64,000 bases of DNA, taken from assembly GCF_002105155.1 (NCBI RefSeq), contig NW_019028989.1, positions 434,001-498,000 of the forward strand, read 5' to 3'. Below the pieces are notes generated by a model. It did not search any database, had not been told where the DNA came from, and was given only the letters and a program-made list of their open reading frames with translations. A program made the position numbers and the translations under genes. Position 1 is the first letter of the stretch; every line of letters starts with the position of its first letter. Shown here piece after piece: positions 9,381 to 26,430 of the stretch. This DNA comes from Lobosporangium transversale. Taxonomy: Eukaryota.

Positions 9381-12300
9381 ATGACTTCTTCTAAAGAATC
9401 TCTTAATGAAAAGGAACTCCCTTACACTGACGCCGAGACCGAATATAAAAGTATCAGTGATGACAACAGCTACAGTAAAGAGCGTAGCAACAATCATGCT
9501 ATTGATGATTATGCCGTGAACGACCATGAGTCCTTCCAGGATTATGAATACGATTCTCCACAGAAGCCTATCCGCAAACCATTCTATCGCCGTAAAAAAG
9601 TTATAGTTTGCTGTACCGTGGGTACAGTCATCTTTTTAGCGGTCTTCATCCCTCTGTTACTTTTTGTGATTCTGCCCAAGATTGCACAATCGTTGTTGAA
9701 TTCATCCTCAATGGAGATCAAACAGCTAAACATGACCAATCCTGGAGAGACTAGCTTGACAGTCTCGGTGGCAGCTCAAGTCGGAGGGATTCCAAAGATC
9801 TTCTCTGCAGAGATGGAGTTTACAGAACAAGTCTTGGTTCATTGGCAAGGCAAGGTCATTGGTTCCATGAGTCTGGATCCTGTCCATGTCAAGGGTGGAA
9901 AAGGCGATATTTTGCAGGCGACTGGATTCTCAATCGAAGACAAGGATGCTTTTGAAGCTTTTGTAAAAGATATGGTAAGCGGCGATCGTATAGTGTTTTT
10001 TTTTTTTTTTTTTTTTTTTTTGTATTCGCTTATAGGAACAACCTTTGTATTCATGCTGGGATAAAGAAATGCTATGATGGTGTGATGTTGAATGGGATGT
10101 GGGTTCAGGATGGATTGGGCGTCTACCTCATATTAAGAAGAGAGGCTTCCCCAATGCTGCCACATTTTAACGTTGTGGCTCTCAAATATTGTACATGTTT
10201 GTATTGAAATATTCCCTTGAAGTTATATGTGTGCGTTTGATGCATTTGCCAATCAATTCAAATGCCCTTCTTCCATGTGTCTGGCACATGAAAGAGGCGC
10301 GCCACATCTCCTTTCAGTTCTTTTGTCAGCTCTCCTTGTAACTCTTTTACTATGACCGCCCTTTCTTTAAGGTTACGAAACAAATGTTTTGAGACATTCA
10401 GAAAAAGCAAGAGAGATTTGGCTCATGGCTCTTAAAATGTCTTCCTTGCTCTCAATGGTATCCATCAGCGCTGTTTGAATTCTATGCCGAAGAAGAAAAG
10501 AAGGCGCACTGAACATTGTGGAGAGAGTATGATTGAAAAAAAAAAAAAAAAAAAAAAAATACACTTTAAGCAATGTTTATATTGTATTTTTGTAATATAC
10601 AAAATCTTAAACTGATAATAGTAGGCAAACCAATGATAATGGGACTATTTTATGATGGCGCATGATGATGTGGAGATGCCAGAGCGGAGAATCTTGGGTG
10701 TGGCCCCTGCTTTGTGGAGTAAATTTTTGACTGAAAACAGTTGATCTTCTCGCTTCAAAAGTATTGACAACGCGATGTGATGCGCATTTTTTTTTCTTCC
10801 GTATTCATATCATTAGATGGCTTCTGATGGCTTCGCATGGACACTGACCAGCAAGGCTACTCTTAAAACCCTTGGTCGGTCAATCAAAGATCTCGAGGTT
10901 AATAAGGTCCTGAATATGAATGGTAATGATGGATGATGCATGCAATGCTGTATTTCATTTGCTTGTACTCTGTATGTTTTTCTATTTCATAATTTACATA
11001 ATCTGTACACTTGATCGTACTCCGATCATTTGGATAAATGCGATTATCCCAACAAAAAGAACCGAGCTATGCAGCATCAATTCGCACACTTTTAAATTAA
11101 CTCTATTGCTTTACTCTTTCATTCCAGGTTTGAGCAGTTTCTCCAACATCAAAATCCTCAAATTTGATTTGCCATCTGATGCACCTGAAGGAGCCTTGAT
11201 CGCCATCTCGGCCTCCATTGCCAATCCTTCACCTATTGGCATGACTTTGGGAACGATCACTCTCGACATGAACTTCAAAAGTGCGTATTTGGGTCGCGTT
11301 GTAGCCAAGAATGTCACTTTGATCGGAGGACAGCCTATGATCCTCAACTTGGAGGGAACTCTCTTGAGACAAACAGATCCGGTTCATCTTGAGGAGCTGT
11401 CCTTGCTGATGTCCAACTATCTTGGTGGTATTGTTACGCCAGCCACAGCTCAAGGTGTCTCTGTCTTCCCTGATGGAGTGAATGAAGTGACATGGTTGAC
11501 GTCGGCCATTTTGGCCACAAAGATGACTGTCCCACTTGTGGCTCCAGAGCCATTGAATGTCATTCAGGGTCTGAATATCGAGGATATGGGCTTATTCGTC
11601 CGGCCTGAGAACCCCTGGGCGCCTACTGCCAACTCCAACTCTGTTTCGGCTGTCTTTAAATTGCCTTTTAATATCTCTCTCAATATTACGGAGCTCGCAA
11701 ACGCTACCATGACTTTGATTTACAAGGGAACTCCTTTGGCCGACTTGACGGCCGCTGTTTGGAACCAGACTTCATCCGATATGAAAAACAACAAGATTGT
11801 CTTTACGTTGCCCCCATCGCCCTTGGCTGTAAAGGATGATGCCCATGAGGCTTTTCAAGCATTTTTAGTAGATGTAGTGCAGAATACGGATACAGGATTC
11901 GACATCAAGGGCAGTGCTGACTCTGTGGCGAGCACGCCTCTGGGTGTTGTTCGTCTCAAGGTCCCTTTCGCTTCTACTGTTGCCTTGAAGGGTATTGGCT
12001 TTGCGACTATCCCCCCCACAATTTCCAATGTCACAGTCATTAGTGGATCCACAGAGTATGTTACACTGTTAGCAAATGTAGGTATCGACAATCCCTCCAT
12101 TTTCACGGTCGATGCTGGACAAGTGAACCTAAAGATCAGCGGAACTGCAGGAGGCCTGAGTGGGCTCATGGGAGATGTCATTATCTCCAACCTCAAGTTC
12201 GGACCAGGTCTGAATAACTTGATTTCAGAGGTTCGCTTCCATCCTTCTGATCCAGCTTTCCGCGACATGTTCTTTTCTCATTTTGTGGCGGGTGCGACGT

Positions 12301-13007
12301 TTGACTGTGTAATTACAGGAGATGCTCAGTCGACCGCCATTACTTCGATGACACCGGTAATGGAGGTTCTTTCCATGAAAACTAAAGTCCCCGGCATAAT
12401 TCCTGCACCTCGGTTGATCGTCAGTGGCAATGGCGCTCCTTCGCTTGGAAGTGTACTCGGAAACCGTCAGATCCCTCTGACAGTCTCTGTTTTGAACCCT
12501 CTGTTGACCTCGCTGTCCCTTAACGACATTAAGGCTCAGGTCTTTTGGCGGGAAAACTTTTTTGGGGCGATTGCATCCAAGGATTCGTTCTCCATCCCTG
12601 TAGGGGGTACGCTTCCATCACCTTCACTGATTCTCCAAGCGCCAACTGATTTCGCTTTTGGCATATTCATGGTCACGACGTTCTTGCCTGCTAACCTTGG
12701 GGTCTTGTCGGGCGCTATCGTAAATGTGGACATGACTTCGAATATTGGTGTCACTGTTGGAGGGCCAGCCAGTGTAGGATATTCTTCCACAATCAGCTAT
12801 AACCAGACTGCTGTGCCAGCATTTCTCAAACTCGACTGGAGTTTTGGAAGCAATCTCCGACGTCGCGCTGAAGAGATTGGCACATCTCTCCCATCGGCCG
12901 AGCCTTCAGTTGAGAATCAATTAGAATATTTGCAGTGGTTAAAGGATGCATTATTTGCAGCCTATCCTGAGGAGGCCAAGCGCTACATGGAGGAGTTGAA
13001 CAAGTAG
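9381..13007 (+). CDS. DUF3712-type single-pass membrane protein with repeated beta-rich domains
   Basis: Exons 9381-9974, 10817-10922 and 11128-13007. Acidic N-terminus, PFYRRKK followed by a TM helix, and repeated NPS-x-I/LG modules (IANPSPIGMTLGTITL, IDNPSIFTVDAG, VLNPLLTSL). Confidence 0.75.
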
Positions 13008-13116
13008 AAATGACAATGCAAAAACCTAATAAAGCACCAGTATAGAGATCAGCATTGACCATTTCCAACCGACTTTGAATTTTTTCTTTATTTGATGTTT
13101 GCACGAGTTGCAGCTA

Positions 13117-13152
<36 letters not shown>

Positions 13153-13153
<1 letters not shown>

Positions 13154-15306
13154 CAAGATCCCTCCTCTGAACGCAAACACACTTCCAACTCAGGACGCAC
13201 GGCCCGATACTTTATCATAATGGAATCGATTTTTGGTCCCAGATCGATAGTAACCTTCTTCAGACGGCTCATTTTGTCTAACCCATCAGTAAATCCAGAG
13301 GCAGTCAAGAGGTCATCATCATGTTGACAACCTTCGAGAACGAGCCATTCCAGTTTTGGAAGGCCATTTCCTAAGGTTTTCATGACTCTATCGGACAAGA
13401 TCCATCGACTCAATAACGATAGCCTCTTTAATTGTGGTGCATAAACAATCTTCTCAAGGTAATCTGCACGAGGTGGAGAATAAGGATGTAGTGTCAAGTA
13501 CAGTTCCGTCAAGCGGGGACAATATTTTAAGGACTCGAGATCGAACCAGGTCGCTAGCTCACCACGGAGACTCAATACTGTCAACCGATGGAGTGGCCAT
13601 GACCATCCGAATCGAATGTCTAGGCCTGTAGCCAAAAGACCATCTGCATTCGATGGTGCAGGGACTACGGGTGGAAGTTTGAGTGCGACAGCAGTGAGCT
13701 CCTCAAGAGTATCTTGGAAAGCATAGACACAGTCTTCGACCAGCTGTTTAATTGTTGCAGGGTGATTTGATGATAGGCGAAGACATCTCAATTTTGGCAG
13801 CAAAGAGAAACCATTGGCCTTATAGCAAGCCGCAGCCCATGCAAATGCTGTGGGGGATTTAACTCCGATCTGAAGTGTTGTGAGGTTTGTGCACTGTTTG
13901 ATTAGATCAAGTGAAGAATCTTCATGAACATTGATTGACTGTTTTTGAGCACTCATAGGAGATAGTATCGCAGTTCCAGTTCCAGTTCCAGTTCCAGTTC
14001 CAGTTCCAGTCATAGCAGATTTTTCTGTACTGCTTGAACTTGTGATAGTGTGAGGCTGTGGTCGTTGCTGCGGTACATAATTCAAGTCAAACAAGAGCTC
14101 CTTGAGCCCATCCTTATTTTGGATTTCGAACGTGTCTAGTTCTTTAGCGGCTTCTTTATACCTAGACAGATCAAGGACTCTCGGGTGCTTGATCTCTCGC
14201 ACGATCCGATGTAGACTGGGCTTATGCATCACCCTCACATCATCAGGCCCTGCCAACTTGATCTCTTGAATGGTCCCATAGCGTTGTGAGTGCTCTTGAA
14301 GAAAATCGACCGTGAGGTCCAAGTTGAAATGCCAGGTGATACCATAAAGTTCCAGCCGGACTAGACTTGCAAGTTTGGGACCGATAGCCGCCAAGATCAT
14401 AAGGCGTTGCACGGGCAAGGATAGGGTACGGATGTGTTCCGGGGAGTGAAGCAAGAAATTGGTCTCGATTACATTACGGGTGAATAAAGTGATAGTCGGG
14501 CGAACTTGTGGAAAATTAACGGTGGTGGTAGGCTGTTGGCTTGGTTTATCTGTCGAGGTCGAGAAGGAAGTTGATCGCATTGATGGTAATGATTGTGGTG
14601 GTGAATACCTCTGGATGTTTGGAAACAAAATAGGAAAGGTACTGGAGAGATTCATGCGCAGATAATGATGGCGATACGCTGAAAGATAATCCACCAGCGG
14701 ATGTTTCAGAGACTCATGAAATGCTTCAAATCGAGGACAAATAGGTGGTAGATCGACCCAGAACGAGCTTTTATCCCAATAGCCATGACCACCATTATCA
14801 TTATTCTCTCTCTGTTGGTTAATGTCGTCATCGTTCTTCCTGATGTAGTAGTTTTTGTTTTTCTCATAGTTTATATCTTTGCTGAATAGGTTGTTGAATC
14901 TGTACACGTCGCAACAATTCATTAACAGAAAGAGCAAGGATGCATGTCGCTTTGTCCGTTCTTGAGGGAGCCAACGGAGATTGGATTCTAGCAGGTCAAA
15001 GGGGGCTGCATAGAGAAGAGGCATAGCAATCCGAAAGAACGCTTTCGAGACGAGAATTAAGTTGTGGAGTGCCGAGAGGTCATTTGAGAGATATTCAAAG
15101 ATGCCTTGAATGCACTCTTCTGGAAGTTGAGGACCACATGCTGACTGATGTGAGGTTTGTTCGAGAGGAGAAGATAATGAAGAAGTGGCTGAGGAGGATA
15201 AAGGAAGAGAGGATGACAAGTGAGGATGAGGTTGGGAAAGAGGGGAACAGGAAGTAGTTGAAGGCTTTGTTTGTGGGTCGTTAGAGGACAACAAGTTCAA
15301 TTGCAT
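13153..15306 (-). CDS. F-box / leucine-rich-repeat protein
   Basis: F-box-like LPEECIQGIFEYL..LHNLILVSKAF..AMPLLY and many LxxLxL repeats. The probable start is MQLNLL (15306); the upstream part of the ORF is a pyrimidine tract. Confidence 0.8.
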
Positions 15307-16349
15307 CCAGATGAAAATAGGAACACTTGAGATTATCAAGTGTGAGAAAAAAAGAAAAAAAACGTAAAGGAAAGGAAAGGAAAGGAGAGGTTTACTCTGG
15401 AGATTATGATCAAGAAAAAGGTGAGGATGAAAAAGAAAAAAGAGAGGAAATAGTTGTGGTTGCGTTTTATACATTTTATTACAAGTCATGCATGGACCGC
15501 AGTCAATGTGGCTGCACTCTGCGCCCCATTCATTCGAGTTCGAGATTCGAGATTAGATGAAATATCCATAAATGTTTAATGTCTTTAAGGATTCCAGTCA
15601 AACGTTGTGGATGGGATTGATCTTGATCAGGTAGGGTAAGAAGGAGTGATATGAGGCTGAGTACCAGTGCAAGGTACATGTACATGAACATGGTATCCAG
15701 GAAAGGGATCGATTGATTCGTCAATGGCATCGAGTCCTCAGTGCACAACCCTCCCAGGGATACTAACCATATCCAGGTACCACATGAAAACCTTAAGTGA
15801 TTGATTTGAATCCTAGAACTCTAGAAACACTTATCGAATGGATTTGATTGCAACTGTGTCGTGTAAATTTCGGAAGAGGGGAAAAAAGTTACATCGTCTC
15901 TGTTCTGTCTATGGTCTGTTCTGTTACTCTGTTGCTCTGTTATTGTACAAGAGTGATTGACCATCAACCTCTCATCTTTTTCATCTCAATTCATCAAGCT
16001 CTCCATTTCTCCATTTCCTCTTTCTCTTTTCCTCTCCTCTTTTCTCCTTCGCTCCTATTCGTCTCTTTTGTATTTATTAGTTTTATAATTATAACACTCC
16101 TTTCCTCCCTTGCGACCGTTTTATTATCTGTTTGCTGATGCTTACACGGCAACCAACAGAACCACATCCTTATCATTGTCAACCTCATCCTCATCAAACT
16201 TTGACCATCAACCTCATTGACACCAACATTCTTTTTTTTACCTAAAGAACATTCTGCATCATCTCTATTTTTTTTTTTTTTTTTTTTTTACTTTTTATTT
16301 CTTATTTTTTTGTTTTCATTTTTTTTTTTTTTTTTTGTTCCTCTTGCGG

Positions 16350-19300
16350 ATGCCTCCTCCACACTCTGGTCCCACAACCAAGCCTTTTTGGTCACGATCG
16401 GCGTGGTACCTTGCTGCACGACTGACTCGCTCAATGTCATCACGACTCATCATCTTTTTTGTCATCATTGTCATTGCTCTCTTCTCCTTCTCATCTGTCC
16501 TCTTTTCAGGATCATCATCTAATGATATCTACTATCCAGGTAAACGATGAATGAGCTTCATCAGCATTCAATCTGTATTACACATTACACATTGCCACAT
16601 TGCTCATCAGCCTTCGTTTGAGCACTTGCAAACATCTTATTCTTTTTTCAAGAAGAACGCCCAACGACTGTTCCACGATTGTTATTATATCGATTGTTGT
16701 TATTATATCAATTTCTCCTGCACATGATTGGTTAGATCGCTCATAACCTTTGTTTACCGTTGACATTTTAGATTTATCGACCGAGGCCTCGAATGAGGAC
16801 CTGGGATTTAATCCTGATCCGCTCGCTCTGCTGGAACAGAGGCGGCCAATGCGACACAGCTACCAAGAACTCTATCGCTTGCCTTCAAAGTTTATGCTCA
16901 ATGAGGATGGGACCGCTTCAGTCACTGTCGTCATCAATCCTCTAGACTTTGGTGACAATCTTACACAACAGATCCGTGCTTTATTAACCCAAGTAGACCA
17001 ACCGCAGGCGGTATGGATCGCTGTCGCTGAGGATCAGGATATCACAGCAGTCGAAGAAATCTTGTCAACATTCAATGATGCTGAGTCTAGAGAAACTGAA
17101 GACATTGAGGGAGAACATGATGGAAACGAAGAAGAGGAAGAGGAAGAAGAAGAAGAAGAAGAAAGTGAGCGAAATCATCGCGTCAAGATGCGTGTTTATA
17201 CAAAAAATGATCCTTGGTGGAGTGTCGCACGGCAGGCTTCTTCTGAATTCTTTCTTCTCTTGGAAAACGGCGTCATCCCTGGGACAAATTACCTTGGCAC
17301 CTTACTCCGCCTAGCCCACACTCCAGAGTATTCGCGTTCACTCCTTGGAAGCCATGGTGCTGTACTGTTGGCGCCGCCTGATGAAACATTGGATGTCGAT
17401 ACAGATATCAGGTGTCTTCCAACAAAGGACAGTCAGGGACGAGTGCGGGCAACAGAAGCGGTGGACGTCCTCACAGACATCTGGTTTGGTAGGACAGAGG
17501 CTCTGGAACTTCTTAGTCTTGAGCCATGGGCCTCTTCTGGAAAGGCACCACTCAGCATCTATCTCAGCACCCTTCTTCGATACTATGGATCCATTCAGTC
17601 AATTGTAGTCGCTAACGATCCTAGGAACCTGGCGACTTGGGGCGATATGAGAAAAAAGGACCATCCACCTACCTTCTGCACCAATATTAAGCAGCTATAT
17701 CGTGAGAGCATGGTCTGGCATTCCTGGATGGAGCGTGGCAAGGCCCTTGTTTCTCAGCATGAAAAACTTGCTGTAGTAGTCGTCTTTTTATCCAGTCAGG
17801 ATGAGGCAAGGTTGCTCAAGGATCTCATCTGTCGCTGGAGCATCTCACCAGACATTTCAATCCATGTAGCTGTGGCAGGATCAGCACGAGGACTTGGACG
17901 CAAGGACCTGGCCCGTCTATTGCCTTCACAGGGTTGTCATGTTGGTATTTATGATCTCCGACTTGCCCGTTTATCTTTGAAGCCAACTGCAATAGAATCA
18001 GCAAGGTTAGCAGCGGATGCTTCAGTCAATGCTTTCCATCTCATCAACTCGCTTCGGCCTAGGATCATTTTTTATCTTCAGGATCCAGATTCGGTTTTTT
18101 CGCAGGGATTACAAATTGCTCAAGCCCGAGCCAAGGTCCCAGCCATTGCTCTGAAACCTGAAGACATTGAACATGTTCACTGGCTGACTGATCTTCCAAT
18201 CCAGGCCCTTGAGAGTAATATATTTTTGAGATGACTGAATAGCTTTCTTTATTTTAGCTTTTTTGTCCCCCCCTAATTACTAATAACTATTAGCATTTTT
18301 TTTTTTTTTTTTTTTTTTTCTCTGTACCCTAACCTATAGACTGGAACACGCCTCAAGTTAAACTAGTGGTCATTACGAATAATCGCCCTGGATCATGCAT
18401 TCGACTCTTAAGATCACTGTCTCACGCCCACTATCTGAACGACGAAGTGTCTTTGACACTCAACATGGATGCGGAGGCTGACCGTGTGACACTTCAGATG
18501 GCTGGATCCTTCCAATGGGAGTTTGGCGAAAAATTCATGAGGCATCGAGTCCGTAGAGGTGGATTGATGTTGGCGGTGGTAGAGGCATGGTACCCACAAG
18601 GGAATGATGAGTATGCAGTTTTGTTGGAAGATGATGTGGAAGTGTCGCCGTTGTTCTATGTGTGGATTAAGTACAACATCCTCAAATATCGATATTCACC
18701 TGACAGTTCCCTATACCAGCGTATGTTTGGAGTTAGTATGTATTCTCAAAAGTTTGTAGAGACTCATCTTTCAGGACGTGCGCCCTTCAACCCAGAGGAC
18801 ATTTTCATTGAGACCCCAGAGTATGAGTTGAGGACGCCGTTCTTGCTTCAACTTCCATGCAGTTGGGGTGCGGTTTACTTTCCTGAACATTGGAGAGAGT
18901 TTCACGAGTATGTGGCGGATCGTCTGTTGGATATTGAATGGAACAAGACTAGTCTTCAATCGGTCCAGATTCCAAACTCGAGGACGAATCGTTGGTCCAA
19001 CTCTTGGAAAAAACTTTTTATCGAAATGATCTACATGCGCGGCTATGTAATGCTTTATCCCAACTTTTTCAACTTTACATCTTTCTCGACTAACCATCTG
19101 GAATGGGGCACTCACACGAAGCAGCAGAGGAACAGCGCAGGAACGTTCTTGGTCCCGCTGATGACGGACAGTGAGAGATTGCTGGACGACCTTCCGAACC
19201 GTCGATTACCAGATTGGGACTCGCTACCTGTACTAGATCTTTGGGCCAACTTGGCGACGAGCGCAGAGTTGATTAAGAGAGGCAGAGCATTACAGGAGCA

Positions 19301-19652
19301 AATCAACCCATGCTTACTGAGGAATAGTAAGAATGAAGTCATTTGGGAAGGTCAGGAGAAAGAACTCAAGTGTGCAAAGACCCTACCATATTATTCCACT
19401 CATACGACACCAACGCCCAAAGCTACGGCTGCACCAGCCATTGAAACTCTATCAATCTCTGCAATTGAGAAAGATGGACAACAACAAGACCCATCCGGGG
19501 TCTCTAGCGACGAGACAGCATCCGATATACCTGCTTATTCTTCACCTACACCAGTTCCTTCTGTTGACGATCAGAACGATGATGTGGATAGCGTACCCGC
19601 ACCTAGCCAACGGAACCTGGCTGTTCCTACACCGACTATGCCTCTAATGTAA
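16350..19652 (+). CDS. Type II membrane GT-A fold glycosyltransferase (GT2-like)
   Basis: Exons 16350-16539 (signal anchor), 16772-18214 and 18340-19652. Motifs VITNNRP.S..RLL.SL, VVEAWYP..EYAVLLEDDVEVSP and QLPCSWGAVYFPEHWREF. Confidence 0.8.
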
Positions 19653-20189
19653 TGCCTTCTAATGACTTTTTTTTTTCCCCTCTATTAAAAAGGGACCACT
19701 CCTCTAGTACTCTAAATGAGCTCCCGTCTTCTTTATTTACTTTAGTCCCTTTCCCAATCAGTTTTGATTTCCTCACATTCATCAAAGTTAGACTTTTTTT
19801 TTTTTTTTTTTTTTTTTCTTTTTATTTAAAGTATATTTATATTTTTCTGTACATTTAGTAGGAGAATAAATTGACCCGTCATGTGTCAGATCGGGATCAA
19901 AAAGCAGTCCTGAGCTTGTTTATTCATAAAACCAAAATGGTTAACTTTTTTTTTTTTTTTTTTTTTTTTGGAACTTTACACTTCATCCACTTTACTTTGT
20001 TCTCGCTTCCTCAAATTATACACTTTCGACACTTCAGGGCAAAAGTTGAAGAAAAAAAAAAAAAAAAAAAAGACGTCAATTTCAGGGACGAATTAGTTAT
20101 AACACTCAGGAGGAAATCCAGTAAAACAAAAACGACAAACTAAACAGACAAAACAGTACCTGGGATCTGAATCCATTTTGTTGGCCACC

Positions 20190-20890
20190 ATGAACATGAA
20201 CCCAGCGTCACAGATGACCCAGCAAGCAGCCCAGCCTGGCGGTGCAACTTCTCAGCAAGTTGCTCTCTTCAACTCAGTCTTCCGTGAGAACTGCCCCTTC
20301 AAGTTTGTCTTTGGTGGTATCACAGGTATGTGTTTTATTTCCTCTCTTCTTATATATCGGTGAAGAAAGACAAAGGGAGCATGTCAACAGGGAGAGGGGC
20401 AGGGGTCAGGACTCTTTGGCCATTCAGCTTTACTCCATTGAGGCATTCATAAGGATATGCTAGACTCTCATTCTTTGAAGAGATTTTGAAAATGATTATC
20501 TTTAAAAGTATTAATAATAATAATATTATTATTTTTTCCTCCTTTTTCCTTTTAATACTTCAATTGCTGTAGGTTTTGCTTTGGGAGGGGTGTTTGGAAT
20601 TGTCATGTCGTCGTTTGAATTTTCAGGACCACAACTGACACCTCAGTTACAGGAACTCTCGACCAGGGAGCAAATGAGGATTATGTTGAAGGACATGGGT
20701 AATCGATCGTACTCCTCTGCAAAGAACTTTGCTGTCGTTGCTGCGATCTTTTCATCCAGTGAATGTTTCATTGAAGGAGTAAGACAACCTGTCTTATTTG
20801 CTTGTTATTTGCTTGCTATTTGCTTGATTGCTTTCTCTTCATGTTTTTATATGTTTGTACTATTTCCGCTTTGTCCAATATTTTCTCATA

Positions 20891-20922
<32 letters not shown>

Positions 20923-21101
20923 CTGTTTTGAAATGTTTTTAGTACCGAGCCAAGAATGATCTATATAATGGAGCAGCAGCAGGATGTTTCACAGGAGGCG
21001 TATTGGCTGCAAAGGGTGGTGTCAGGGCTTCTGCGTTCGGATGTGCAGGTTTTGCTGCATTCTCAACGGCGATTGATTACTGGATGAGGCATTCAGAATA
21101 A
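20190..21101 (+). CDS. TIM22: Mitochondrial inner membrane translocase subunit Tim22
   Basis: Three exons: [74 protein letters not shown]. Confidence 0.95.
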
Positions 21102-21330
21102 GGAGAAGAGGGTATCCGCAAAGTTCTTTGATTTTTTTTTTTTTTTTTTTTTTTTAATTATATATTACTATTATAGTTTTTTGCATACAGCTCCTCACCT
21201 CCGTATTACTCTTTCTTTCTTTCTTTCTTTCATTATTATTTTTTTTATTTTTTTTTTTTTTATCAACAGTTGTATTTTTATGATATTTACATATCAGCTT
21301 TTTATTATTATTTCTTTTTTCCTTATAGAC

Positions 21331-21370
<40 letters not shown>

Positions 21371-21564
21371 AAAGAAATATATGAGAATTTACATCACCCA
21401 TGCCAACATAAATCAGAAAAGAGATTTTGTATGTCCATCTAGTAGTTTTCAGATGCAGAGAGACAAAGGAGAATAGAGCTGATTTTTTATTTTTTTTATT
21501 TATATATTTTTATTTTTTATAACTTTGAGGGAACACAAGTGTGGTCTTGGGTCTCTGTTTTAAC

Positions 21565-23692
<2,128 letters not shown>

Positions 23693-24682
23693 GGTGAACG
23701 ACGTAGGGTAAAGGATAGAAGAAAAAGAAGAAAGCTCTTTATGAGGACTTTAGAGGAATACGAAAGAAGAGAAGAGGGAAAAAAAAAAAAAAAAAAAAAA
23801 AAACTGTGGGAAATATTAGAAGAAATCCGCCTTTTTATATATGAACGAGATATATCCATATCATGCCCATGCTCCTGCTCACACATTGTGCAATCAAAGA
23901 GGAAATTTGTTACGAGGATTGGATATGCCTTCTTTTAGAATGTCTCCGAGTAAGGGATCTGTGCTCTTCGCTCTTTTTGGCTAGAACCTTTTCAAATTAT
24001 AAATGAATTGGTTCAGGGTTTGACTGTAATGAGGATTGATCCCTGATCAAGAAGTTGTATTGTGTACAATGTATATCGTATGGATATATCTATATCATGT
24101 ACATACACATGTACGTCTTGGATCTTGGCTCGTTTCTTCCACACCAACCGAGTCTAGCAACTGGCAAAGGTGTGTGATTGACTTGTTTAAGGCTAAATCG
24201 CCAGCACGTCCTCTGCTGTTCACCCTCTTCTGGTTACCCTTTTCAATCAAGAGGACTTTTTATCCACGTCTAGTTCTGACCCAAAAAGAGTGAACAGTAA
24301 CATCCAACACTCTGCTCCCCCGGCATGTAGTGATGAAATGAAAGTAGATTATACTTCATTATATACACCATCCAGTGAAATCTCGCCCCCCCCACTCCTT
24401 GACCTGTAATGTGCTAAGATCTGGACTATAATAGAGTGAAGAGGAGAGGCTAAGCCTTTTTCTTGCGCAATGAATAAAAAAAAAAAAAAAGGGAACGCTT
24501 TATTTTTCGGCCCGGAGTTGTTTTTCAATCGACCGAAGCATTCGATCAGGTCTATAATTTTTTTTATTTTTATTTTTTTTTTTTTTTGCTTTTCTTTTCC
24601 CAATGAGGATGGAACTAACGTGCTTTGTCATGTTTGATTACTACATGTAGCTCACTTTATTTTTTTTTTTTCTTTTTTTTTC

Positions 24683-24713
<31 letters not shown>

Positions 24714-26026
24714 CAACAGATTAACGTAGATAAGATGATGAAATTAGCCGACGTCCGATTGGAAGCCCAATGCAAATAAGATAGAAATGAAAGAAAACGT
24801 ACAGATTTAAGCATTCGTCCATTGGAACGATCGACATGGGGGGTTAATTTTTTCCAGTATCTGTTGCAACTGTTAATAAATATTTATCCACACATGCTTT
24901 TTTTTTATTTTATTTTTTTTTTTCCCTCTTTGCTCTCTTTTTTTACTCTTGGCATTAGGTAGTAGTAGTCGTGGTCGAGTTTAGTGCTCCTTCTTTTATG
25001 ACGCTCTGTAAGGGGGGGAGGGGAGGAGGAACAGGTCGGAGAGTGAAACGCGAGAAATGAGAGGATAGTAAAGAGAATCTGAAGATAAAAGAGGTTGTCT
25101 CAGGAAAATCAATGAAAGAACTTTAAACAAAAAGATCGGCGATTTAATCATCTTGTCACCGTCATCATGATCGATCCACTGGATTCCACTTTTTCATTTT
25201 TTTTTTTTTTTATTTTTTTTAGATCAACTTCAAATATGGATGACGCGTGAGAAATAGGAAAGGAAGGAAGGAAGGAAGGAAGGAACAAGGCAAAGATTCT
25301 TCTTTTAATAGTGTCAGACTAATGAGGCGCGTTGCAGGAAAAAATGTTTAAATGACCCACTAGTTGTGTAGGAAACATGGGACCCAAACCCAATCTGTGT
25401 ATAGAACATGTACAAACCGACACAGTCTCAGATAAAGCTCTGCCTCTCACGTTCATGCACGTTACGTGCATGTGCCGATTGACGGCATAGTTTCACAGAT
25501 ATATACGATATACATATATATATTTATACCACTGATAGATATAATACAATGGCTGCTAATGGGAATCTTTGTTTTTTTTTTATAGGTTGACAAGGTTGAC
25601 TCTCTTAGCTAAGCCCAAACTAAAGCCTCATGACAAGAATAACAGGAATAACAAGGTTTTTTTTTTTTTTTTTTTTCTTAAATCGACTTTTGTGTTTGGT
25701 TTGTGGGACGAGGACGACGGCGTGTAAAGAGATTCTGCAGGGCACTCATACTGTACCAACAACAGGGGGAGGGAAACAGGCTATTGTTATTGAACAGAGG
25801 ATAGAAAGAGAGTCACCTGTATAGGAATGTCAATGGATCACTTGGTTTTATTTTTAATTTTCAATAACAATGCTCAAAGTTCGTGTGAATGCATGGGCTC
25901 TTTAAACCGTCATGATTCGGCAGACGGCAGTTTATACAAGTTATACATGTTCATGTGCATGATATTAAAAAAAGAAAGACGGCGTTGTACAATTTCTTTT
26001 CTTTCCTCGATTACACTTTTTATCTT

Positions 26027-26058
<32 letters not shown>

Positions 26059-26109
26059 TCTTTCACTCTCACTCAAAATATATACCAACAAATCTTTCTC
26101 TCTCTCGAA

Positions 26110-26396
26110 ATGCAGATGAAACATGACGACAGACTTCAGGACTTGAAACAAGTTCTCGAAAAGGCAAGGGTAGAATGTGGTGTTCCTGGCGTGAGTGTGG
26201 CCGTCCAACACAAAGGTCAGCTCATCTTTGCAGAGGGTCTTGGAATCCGAAATGAATCTAAAGAGCCTTTCCTTCCAGAGGTAATAACAATGACAACAAT
26301 AACAACAATAACAACAAAAAAAGAAATGAAAAGAAATGAAAACGAGCCGTTTCTTTGGACCAATTTATCATGTTGATTAATTTTTCTTTCTTTCTT

Positions 26397-26430
<34 letters not shown>

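Noticed and set aside
25457..25475. Palindrome CATGCACGT-T-ACGTGCATG (coordinates approximate)
   Set aside because: An isolated 9-bp stem with a 1-nt loop and no supporting context.
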